A stretch of 64,000 bases of DNA from Sphingomonadales bacterium. Its GTDB lineage: Bacteria > Pseudomonadota > Alphaproteobacteria > Sphingomonadales > Sphingomonadaceae. The position numbers were made by a program, and so were the translations under genes. The notes below the pieces were generated by a model. It did not search any database. It was not told the origin of the DNA and was given only the letters and a program-made list of their open reading frames with translations. Numbering within the stretch: position 1 is the stretch's first letter; every line of letters starts with the position of its first letter. Shown here in pieces: positions 27,652 through 35,293 of the stretch. The stretch lies in NCBI GenBank assembly GCA_031411035.1, contig JANOAJ010000069.1, positions 16,185-80,184 on the forward strand, written 5' to 3'.

Positions 27652-29311
27652 TGGCACCCTCCTGAATCAACTGGCGCACGGTCACGAGGGCGCGTTCGGG
27701 ATCCTGCTTCACAAAATCCCGCAACAATGTGGCACGGTCGGCGTAGCTCGGCGCTGCTTCGATCATGTCCAGCGTGACAGGTTCATGAGACAAGGATGCG
27801 CGCGGGCCCGCCGCTGAGGCGGTTTCCGGGGCAGACACGGACCCATCCGGCTTTGCCTCTGTCTGCTTGCGGAGCGACTTGAGCAGCGGGCGGCCGACAA
27901 AGAACAGGGCAAGGCACGCGACCAGCACAGCGCCGGCCTGGCGCAGCGCAACCATGAACCAGGGCGCGTCCCAGAAATTCCGGGTAACGACTTCAGGTTC
28001 CACAAAAGCGCGTGCGCTGAGCGCCACAATGTCGCCCCGGGTGGCGTCAAATCCAACAGCGCCCTTCACCAGCGCTTCCAGCGCGGCCAGCTCGGCAGGG
28101 TTGCGGGGCTTTACCCCTTTGGCATCACGCAGGGCGACCGCAACGCTCAGTCGGCGCACCTTGCCGATGGGCTGGTGCGTTACCGAAATTTCCCGCCCGA
28201 CATCAAAGCTGCGGGTGTAGGTTTCCGCGGACTGCCCACCGCCCACACTGGGGGTTCCTGCTGCCTGCTGACCATTTGGCTGAGCCGAAAGCTGTGACGC
28301 GATGGGCGGCTGGTTGGACAAGGCACCCGGAATGCCTGATGCTGCTGGCGGCGTCACCGCGCTCGACGTCTTGTTGCCTTCTTCCAGACGCAGCGCCCGA
28401 TCGTCCTTCGGAAAGGACTCACGCGTTGACTGGCTTTCGGACTGATCAACATCAACATGCAGTTCGGCGCTGAAATTGCCCTGCCCGACAATCGGAATGA
28501 GCAGCGAATTGATGGCCTGCCGGTACCGGGTTTCCATCTGCGTCTGAAGCTGGAACGCGGCATCATCGGCGCCGCCATCGCTTTGGGACAGCAGGGCACC
28601 CGACTGGTCGATAATGGAGACCTGATCCGGCGAAAGGGACGGCACGGATGACGCCACAAGATGCGTGATCGCCCGGACCTGCGCCTGTGAGAGGCTCCTG
28701 CCCGTTTGCAACGTGAGCATTACGGACGCGGCGGGCACTGCAATATCGCGGACAAAGACGCTTGGTTCCGGTGTCGCCAGATGCACCCGTGCGCTTTTGA
28801 CGGTTTCGATCGCCTCGATTGTCCGGGCCAGATCGGCTTCGCGCGCGCCACGCAGCGTCTCGCCCTCAACCGCGCGGCTGGAACCCATCGGCAGCGAGGC
28901 GATCAGGGCATCACCGCTGGGTGCCGCTTTGGGCAGGCCTTGCCCGGCCAGCATCATCTTGGCCTTGTGGACATCATCCTCACCAACGGTGACGCTGCCC
29001 GTATCACGGTCAATCGCATAAGGAATGCCGGCCGTCTGCAGAGCATCGGCCATCGCTGACTTGTCCGCCTCGCTCAGACCTTCAAACAGGGGGCGCTGGT
29101 TTGGCGATTGCAAGCTCCACCAGGCAATGGCGGCAATGCCCAGCGCGCCAACGCCGCCCAGCGCAGGTAAAGCCCGGCGCACGGCGGGCTGGATCGCGAA
29201 GCCGCGAAGGGTTTCCAGCGTGCCGGGCAACGCCGCCGATGCCGGAAGAACCGTGGCCATGCCGGTGGCCGGCACATTCGGGTCAAAGCCGATGATTTCC
29301 TGTTCAGCCAT
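27644..29311 (-). CDS. fliF: MS-ring protein FliF
   Basis: LARTIEAIETVKSARVHLA; ASVML; LVASSVPSL; GIPGALSNQPP; two TMs. Confidence 0.96.
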   Translation of the reverse strand: MAEQEIIGFDPNVPATGMATVLPASAALPGTLETLRGFAIQPAVRRALPALGGVGALGIAAIAWWSLQSPNQRPLFEGLSEADKSAMADALQTAGIPYAIDRDTGSVTVGEDDVHKAKMMLAGQGLPKAAPSGDALIASLPMGSSRAVEGETLRGAREADLARTIEAIETVKSARVHLATPEPSVFVRDIAVPAASVMLTLQTGRSLSQAQVRAITHLVASSVPSLSPDQVSIIDQSGALLSQSDGGADDAAFQLQTQMETRYRQAINSLLIPIVGQGNFSAELHVDVDQSESQSTRESFPKDDRALRLEEGNKTSSAVTPPAASGIPGALSNQPPIASQLSAQPNGQQAAGTPSVGGGQSAETYTRSFDVGREISVTHQPIGKVRRLSVAVALRDAKGVKPRNPAELAALEALVKGAVGFDATRGDIVALSARAFVEPEVVTRNFWDAPWFMVALRQAGAVLVACLALFFVGRPLLKSLRKQTEAKPDGSVSAPETASAAGPRASLSHEPVTLDMIEAAPSYADRATLLRDFVKQDPERALVTVRQLIQEGANG

Positions 29312-29312
29312 A

Positions 29313-29651
29313 TCAGACCGGCATGTTCATGATGTCTCGATAGGCCGAGAGCAGCTTGTTGCGGACTTGCAGCGTGGCTTCGAACCCGATCGACGCCTTT
29401 TGCCGTTCCACCATGACCTGGACGATGTCATGCGTATCGCCGCGCTCATAAGCAGCGGAAACTTCTCCCGCCTTGGTTTGCTGGGCATTCACTGACTTCA
29501 GCGCATCAACCAGCGTCTTGCCGAAAGCATCGGGTGCGGCGCTGCCGCCAGCCTCGTCCGCAGCCCGCCCTGTGGCACGCTGCAGCGCATTGTTCTGGCT
29601 GATGATGGTCGAGCGCATCTGCAGCAACCGACTTTGATCGATAGTGACCAT
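29313..29651 (-). CDS. fliE: FliE
   Basis: VMVERQKASIGFEATLQVRNKLLSAYRDIMNMPV. Confidence 0.96.
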   Translation of the reverse strand: MVTIDQSRLLQMRSTIISQNNALQRATGRAADEAGGSAAPDAFGKTLVDALKSVNAQQTKAGEVSAAYERGDTHDIVQVMVERQKASIGFEATLQVRNKLLSAYRDIMNMPV

Positions 29652-29703
29652 AGGTATCTCGAACTAATCTCCACACAGGCAAATTCGCTTGCACGAGGAT
29701 ATA

Positions 29704-29719
29704 AGCAAAAGCCGTGCCA
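29704..29719 (-). promoter_or_regulatory. sigma54 promoter for the fliE operon
   Basis: Minus strand TGGCAC-GGCTT-TTGCT. Confidence 0.9.
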
Positions 29720-29841
29720 TTTCGGGAAACTGACGAAATTCTGGCGCTCTTGCGCCGGTTCCACCGCAGATTTGCGCGCGCCAGTCAAATTTCCGTCACG
29801 CGCGGGGGGGCGCGGCGGCTGCCGGACATGACAGGCAAAAT

Positions 29842-29868
29842 TAAATGACTGGGCCAGCGCACCGTTAC
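29842..29868 (+). promoter_or_regulatory. sigma28-type promoter for fliC
   Basis: TAAA-N15-ACCGTTAC. Confidence 0.75.
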
Positions 29869-29936
29869 TGGCTCCGTGGCCGCACTCCATACTGGCGAGC
29901 AGCCCCGATAGGTTACCAGTCAGAAAGGACCATAAC

Positions 29937-30749
29937 ATGACCGTTATCAACACAAACATCAGCGCAATCCGCGCACAGAATGCTGGTCGCACAGCCGGCA
30001 TGATGACCGAAACCGCGATGGCGCGCCTTTCCAGCGGCAAGCGCATCAACAGCGCCAAGGACGACGCTGCCGGTCTTGCCATTGCCACCCGCATGGACGC
30101 GAAAGTGCGCGGCCTGGGCCAAGCAATCCGCAACGCCAATGACGGCATCTCGCTCGCGCAGACCGCGGAAGGCGCGATGTCCGAAACGTCGAACATCCTG
30201 GTGCGCATGCGCGAACTGGCCGTTCAGGCCGCCAGTGGCACCGCCACAACCACGGACCGCACTGCCCTGCAGACCGAAGTCACGCAGCTCGTTAGCCAGC
30301 TTGACGACATTTCGTCGCGCTCCGATTTCAACGGCACAGCCTTGCTGGACGGCACGGCCGCCATCGACATCCAGACCGGCGTGAACAGCGGCGAAACCGT
30401 CAACATCACGATTGCGGATCTCAGCTCCACCGGCCTGGGTGTCGGCGGCGTCGATCTGTCAACCGCAGCGGGCGCATCCGCCGCGCTGGCCACGCTTGAC
30501 ACGGGCATCCAGACAGTGGCCGATCAGCGCGCCAACCTTGGTGCCGTCCAGAACCGCCTGGATTCCGCTGTCAACAATCTGACATCGACTGTCACGAATT
30601 TGACGGAATCGAAATCCCGCATCGAGGATACGGATTTCTCTGTCGAAACGACCAAACTGGCTTCGGCCCAGATTCTGGCACAGGCTTCCACCGCGATGCT
30701 TGCCCAGGCAAATCAGAGCCAGCAGGGCGTACTGAGCCTGCTGCGCTAA
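29937..30749 (+). CDS. fliC: Flagellin (270 aa, D0/D1 only)
   Basis: MTVINTN; [21 protein letters not shown]; [11 protein letters not shown]; [18 protein letters not shown]. Confidence 0.98.
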   Translation: MTVINTNISAIRAQNAGRTAGMMTETAMARLSSGKRINSAKDDAAGLAIATRMDAKVRGLGQAIRNANDGISLAQTAEGAMSETSNILVRMRELAVQAASGTATTTDRTALQTEVTQLVSQLDDISSRSDFNGTALLDGTAAIDIQTGVNSGETVNITIADLSSTGLGVGGVDLSTAAGASAALATLDTGIQTVADQRANLGAVQNRLDSAVNNLTSTVTNLTESKSRIEDTDFSVETTKLASAQILAQASTAMLAQANQSQQGVLSLLR

Positions 30750-30773
30750 TCACGCGATCACAAGCGTTACCGG

Positions 30774-30806
30774 AGCGCCACGGCAAGCAATTGCCGTGGC
30801 GCTTTT
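30774..30806 (+). terminator. Rho-independent terminator of fliC
   Basis: agcgccacggcaa-gcaa-ttgccgtggcgct hairpin followed by Ts. Confidence 0.85.
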
Positions 30807-31017
30807 GTTGTGCGGCGAATTCGCGTGATGTTTGCGATCATCTGTAAGTGTCTGTCCGCGCCCCGAATTCCTGGGACAGCCTAGCCCTTTTTTAACCGGA
30901 ATGGCCGGTTTGGCTATTGCACACCGGCAACGCATGTATATTAGCCATGATAAGGTCGGACGGCGGGGCAATAGTCGGGCTGGCTTTGACAGCGATGTCA
31001 GCAAGTTGGGGGCAAAA

Positions 31018-31479
31018 ATGCAAAGACACGATCTGTCTGAAATCAGGAATATTCTCTCGAAGATTCAGACATCCCTCGATAGCGCTGAGAGCTTCGACAA
31101 CGAAATTCATGTTGATCTGAGGGAGCTGGAGATCCTCGTCAGGCGGAACCGGAACCGGCATTTTCCCGCTGGCTATTTTTCGGATCCGGCCTGGGATATC
31201 CTTCTGGATCTGGACAAGGCGGAACGCGAGAATCTGAGCTTTCATATCACCAATATCGGCCAGGACGCGAATATCCCCCTGACCACGCTGCTCCGCTACC
31301 TTGCCACGCTTGAGAAGGATGGCCTTGTCATCCGCCAGGCCGATCCGACGGACAGGCGCAAATCCCTGATGCGCCTGAGCGAGAAGGGCCGGGAACTGCT
31401 GGACAAGGTTTTCGAGGATACGGTTTCTGGCACCCTTGCCTCGGGCAAGGCGACATTCCCCAAATTCCGGGTGCAATAA
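31018..31479 (+). CDS. MarR-like winged-helix regulator
   Basis: FSDPAWDILLDL...IPLTTLLRYLATLEKDGLVIRQADPTDRRKSLMRLSEKG; start trimmed to ATG 31018. Confidence 0.85.
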   Translation: MQRHDLSEIRNILSKIQTSLDSAESFDNEIHVDLRELEILVRRNRNRHFPAGYFSDPAWDILLDLDKAERENLSFHITNIGQDANIPLTTLLRYLATLEKDGLVIRQADPTDRRKSLMRLSEKGRELLDKVFEDTVSGTLASGKATFPKFRVQ

Positions 31480-31493
31480 CGGTCGGCGCTACC

Positions 31494-31895
31494 TTAGCGC
31501 GTCCGGAGCCCAGGCCGACGGGAATCGGCGGGATTGTGCACCATTCGATGATGTTCGACAGTGCCGCCTTTCGTCGATGATACCGCAATGGCCAGAACGT
31601 CGATGGGATCGTCAAACGCAAAGCCGAACCGCCTTGCCTTGAACCAGACGACCCGTCCGGGTGCGGCATCGATGCCGGGCAGCCGGATGGAAAGCTTTTG
31701 TCCTACATGGAAGGCATAGTCCGAGATCGCGCTCAGTCCGGTCATCGATACATTGCGTGTCAGGATGGGGAAGGAAGATCCGTTGGCGGATATGGCAACG
31801 CCCGCAACCATACGCGCCACGCGCGCAGCGCGGGGCCGTGTTGCAGACCCTTGAGGGTGAGCCCCCGGGTCATGGATGAGGCGTGGAGGGCTCAA
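31494..31895 (-). CDS. PilZ-domain protein
   Basis: Arg-rich RPRAAR, NVSMTG (NxSxxG), GRVVW...FGFAF. Confidence 0.85.
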   Translation of the reverse strand: MSPPRLIHDPGAHPQGSATRPRAARVARMVAGVAISANGSSFPILTRNVSMTGLSAISDYAFHVGQKLSIRLPGIDAAPGRVVWFKARRFGFAFDDPIDVLAIAVSSTKGGTVEHHRMVHNPADSRRPGLRTR

Positions 31896-32251
31896 GCTGC
31901 CTCGGCAAACCCCGCCAGAGGTGGCCGCGTGGTCACCGCATGGAGCAATTCAGAGGAAACATCATCTGCCAGTTTGCTGACAAAGCGCGCGCCCAGAAGG
32001 CCGTCTGCCCACCAGGCAGCATGGGCTTCGACAATATCGGCATCGTCAAGATGAACGTGCAAACGCTCACCAGGTGCATAATGGAGCCGCGACTTTGCGA
32101 GGAACCCCATCGAGGTAACATTCACAAGCATCACTTGCTGGCAGAACCGGTCGGATTCGATGACCACTGCTTTGGGCGGAACCGGAACCCGGGGTTCGTT
32201 ATGCCGCTCGTCGGGAGACAAGATGCATGTGTTGTGTGAAGTGTCAGTCAT
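31892..32251 (-). CDS. PilZ-domain protein (degenerate motifs)
   Basis: ERHNEPR, NVTSMG, AHAAW...LGARF; stop overlaps the next gene's start. Confidence 0.78.
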   Translation of the reverse strand: MTDTSHNTCILSPDERHNEPRVPVPPKAVVIESDRFCQQVMLVNVTSMGFLAKSRLHYAPGERLHVHLDDADIVEAHAAWWADGLLGARFVSKLADDVSSELLHAVTTRPPLAGFAEAA

Positions 32252-32321
32252 GTTGGCCTCGCTAGTGTTCCCGATCAGGAGAACGGCAAACATCACAGCG
32301 GGTTAAGCATATTCTCCAAAT

Positions 32322-32348
32322 TTAATAAGTCTGAACAAATGCCGTTAT
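32322..32348 (+). promoter_or_regulatory. sigma28-type promoter upstream of the candidate sRNA
   Basis: TTAA-N15-GCCGTTAT. Confidence 0.65.
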
Positions 32349-32353
32349 CCGTG

Positions 32354-32427
32354 AAGAGCCTGCTCCCCAAGCAGTCTCTTTCCTGTTTAACTGCCCTGCC
32401 GCGGGAAACTGCGGCGGGGTATTTTTT
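32354..32427 (+). ncRNA. Candidate SuhB/alpha-r8-like small RNA (~75 nt)
   Basis: 5' hairpin with CUCCCCA loop region, pyrimidine-rich linker UUUCCUGUUUAACU, GAAA-tetraloop terminator plus U6; promoter immediately upstream. Confidence 0.65.
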
Positions 32428-32624
32428 GTCTGCCCTCTGATCTGCGGTTCTGACAGCAAGCGGCCCGAACGCGGCTGGCATAGAGCCACAGGAGATAAAG
32501 CTGAACATCGCCTGCAGCTATGGCTCACACTGCGTTAACCTCGCAAAGGCTAGAGTAATGGTAGGACATCACTTGAACTGTACAAGCGATGCTCTATTGC
32601 CACTGGGGAGTGGGGGGAACGTGA

Positions 32625-32825
32625 ATGGATGACGGTCCGGAGGGCGAGCGTGAGCTTCGTCGTCAAATAACACAGCATCTCGAAGCTGCTCTTGCGTTGG
32701 CTGACAAGGGCGGTCTGCTGCTGGCTGGCGCGCGAATAGCAGACGTGCTTGATACCGTCCGCAGCTTGTCCACTGCGGACTTGCCGCATGTTGAAGTTCG
32801 TTCCCGCTCAGAACGGAAAAACTGA
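32625..32825 (+). CDS. Small hypothetical protein (66 aa)
   Basis: G-rich RBS; amphipathic HLEAALALADKGGLLLAGARIADVLD. Confidence 0.55.
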   Translation: MDDGPEGERELRRQITQHLEAALALADKGGLLLAGARIADVLDTVRSLSTADLPHVEVRSRSERKN

Positions 32826-32973
32826 CAGAAAATCCTCCAGGGCTCCCTGTCAGCATTGCCGATTCTGGTCGTTGATTCCGCAATAATCTGATCAGCGCCG
32901 ATAAAGACTGCGGCTTTCCTTCAACCGACCAACAACCACAGTCGCGCTAGTGCGTTTCATTTGGGAACGCCCC

Positions 32974-34287
32974 TTAAAGGCTGTTTCGTTTCGCGATGGC
33001 CCCATAAACAGAGGCACTCGGCTTGGCAGCGCGCTCAAATGTCACGGGATCAACGCTGTGCAGGCCATATTTTGGCTTGTAACCGAATATCCATTCGAAA
33101 TTGTCAATCAGCGACCAGTGGCAATAACCTGTAACCGGAATGCCTTCGTCCATCGCCTTCTTCAGTTCCGCGAGCGCCGCCGGAATCAGGCGCGCGCGAA
33201 TGCTGTCGTCATTCGTTCCCACGCCATGTTCGGAAACCAGAATGGGCTTGCCGGTAACTTGATGGGCGTATCGGACCGCACCCGCAAGGGATGGCGCATA
33301 TACTTCAGCGCCAATATGGTTCCGCTCGCTGCCTGCCGGGGCCGGATGCCTGCCCTTTTCATCCCACAAGACGCGTTCATAGTTCTGGACGCCCATGAAA
33401 TCATCACCACGTGCAAGTTCCAGCCAGCCGCCATAAAGTGCTTTGCGTTTGGCATCGCGGATCGAATTCTTGCCCACAGCCTGATCATCGAACATGGCCA
33501 GAGAGAAACCAACAGGCAGGTCGTTTCGTACGGCCTTGATGGCCATCTTGCCTGTCTTGTGCGCTTCCGCCAGCGCAAGCTGCATCGGTTCGATATCCTC
33601 CACGTTCGTTGCGTTGGAGGTCAGGAATTTGGCCGTTCCGGTCTGCCGCGCGGCTTCGGCCAACATGGCCCGCTGCGCATCCCAAACCTGCTGCGGTAAC
33701 CCGATCGTTGTCAGCAACCGCATGATATTGGGTTCGTTGAAAGTGATCGCGCGATCAATGCCATCCCCCAGGTGCCGCATCGCCTTGTCACAATATCGCG
33801 CAAACAGGCTGGCTGCGTCCTTGTTCAGCCAGCCGCCGTTTGCCGCGAACCAACGCGGCGACGTGAAGTGACTGAAGGTAACTACCGGTCGCAAGCCGCG
33901 CGTCCTGGCGCCTTCGATCATGCGTTTGTAGTGATCAAGCATGGCTTGCGAGAACAAACCTTGCGCAGGCTCAATGCGCGCCCATTCGATCGAAAAGCGA
34001 TAGGCGTTCAGTCCCATCGCCTTCGCCAGATCCATGTCATCGGCCCAGCGGTTGAAACTGTCAGCCGCATCAAGTGATGGTTCGGCAAAGACGGTTGGCT
34101 TGATTGTCTCAAGGAACCAGGTGTCCCCGTTGACATTGTTGCCTTCAATCTGGTGACCGGCCGTGGATGCGCCCCAGATAAAGTCCGGGGGAAAGGTGGG
34201 GCTTGCCTTCGGCTTCCCTTTCGCTGCCAGAACGGGTGACGCGGTCAGCGCGACACCAGCGGCAATCAGCGTGCGGCGGTCAATCAT
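32974..34287 (-). CDS. GH1 beta-glucosidase with twin-arginine signal
   Basis: DRRTLIAAG Tat signal; FIWGASTAGHQIEG, YRFSIEWARIEP, TFNEP acid/base, VSEHG nucleophile, WSLIDNFEW. Confidence 0.93.
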   Translation of the reverse strand: MIDRRTLIAAGVALTASPVLAAKGKPKASPTFPPDFIWGASTAGHQIEGNNVNGDTWFLETIKPTVFAEPSLDAADSFNRWADDMDLAKAMGLNAYRFSIEWARIEPAQGLFSQAMLDHYKRMIEGARTRGLRPVVTFSHFTSPRWFAANGGWLNKDAASLFARYCDKAMRHLGDGIDRAITFNEPNIMRLLTTIGLPQQVWDAQRAMLAEAARQTGTAKFLTSNATNVEDIEPMQLALAEAHKTGKMAIKAVRNDLPVGFSLAMFDDQAVGKNSIRDAKRKALYGGWLELARGDDFMGVQNYERVLWDEKGRHPAPAGSERNHIGAEVYAPSLAGAVRYAHQVTGKPILVSEHGVGTNDDSIRARLIPAALAELKKAMDEGIPVTGYCHWSLIDNFEWIFGYKPKYGLHSVDPVTFERAAKPSASVYGAIAKRNSL

Positions 34288-34302
34288 CGGAAATCCTCTC
34301 GG

Positions 34303-35166
34303 TCATTTTGTGATCTCGGCCACGAATCCGGCAATTTCGTCCGCAAGTCGTGTGTCAGACGTGCCCAGATGCATCGCCATGGAATAATGGTTGTGGCCCG
34401 AAGCAACATACGCGCGCGGCATCGCGCCAGTGCGGTCCAGGCGATCCTGCATCAGCCCGAGAAACTCGGCTTGGAAGCGGGGCGGATCAAATTCGGCGCA
34501 AGCGACAAGAAGGGGTACGCTGGTCGTGGCGACCGCATCCCGCGGCATTCTTTCCGGATATAGCGCAGCATCGCCATAATAGAGTGTGTCACGTTCATCG
34601 AGCGGGGTATAACCGTAAAGGCCCGAAAGCAGGATTGCGCCCCTGATCTCCTTGTCGGCGTGAGGACGTAGCTTGAGATAGCCCGATACATGCACTGACC
34701 CCGCGGATGTGCCCATCAGCACGATCCTTTCCGGATTGCCGCCATGTGCCGCCGCGTTTGTCTTCAGCCAGTCAACCACCGCAGCCACGTCTAGCGCACC
34801 AGCGGGCCAGAGATGATCGGGAGCCAGACGATAGTTGATGACCACGCCAAGAAACCCGGCACCCGCCGCCATCCGGCCCACGCTGCTGTTGGGCCATGCG
34901 GCAGGACTGCCCTTGTCTCCCTTCAGGAACCCGCCCCCGTGAACGAAGACGAGTACGGGCCGAAGCCCGTCCCCTTGCGGCGCGTAGATATCGAGACGAT
35001 TCCGTTCGTCAGATCCATAGGCGATATCCGACGCCACTGGCGCCAATGCGGAAGCAAGGGTCGACTGCTCGGCATCGAACAATACCCGGCACCGCGCCAG
35101 CACTTCCGCGCCAAGCGAGGTTCCCATCGAAGAGATCGCGGAGCGGATTTCCGCGTTTTCAGTCAT
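34303..35166 (-). CDS. Alpha/beta hydrolase (HSL-family esterase or lactonase)
   Basis: VHGGGF, YRLAPDH, GTSAG nucleophile, C-terminal GHNH. Confidence 0.88.
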   Translation of the reverse strand: MTENAEIRSAISSMGTSLGAEVLARCRVLFDAEQSTLASALAPVASDIAYGSDERNRLDIYAPQGDGLRPVLVFVHGGGFLKGDKGSPAAWPNSSVGRMAAGAGFLGVVINYRLAPDHLWPAGALDVAAVVDWLKTNAAAHGGNPERIVLMGTSAGSVHVSGYLKLRPHADKEIRGAILLSGLYGYTPLDERDTLYYGDAALYPERMPRDAVATTSVPLLVACAEFDPPRFQAEFLGLMQDRLDRTGAMPRAYVASGHNHYSMAMHLGTSDTRLADEIAGFVAEITK

Positions 35167-35293
35167 ACACTGCGTTCCTCGCGAATGGCCATATCGTCCT
35201 TGCGAGCAGCGAAGTGACGAAGCAATCCAGAATACCAGAGGTCAATCCGGATTGCTTCGCCACGCGTGCAAAGACGGCAAAAGTTCTTGATTT

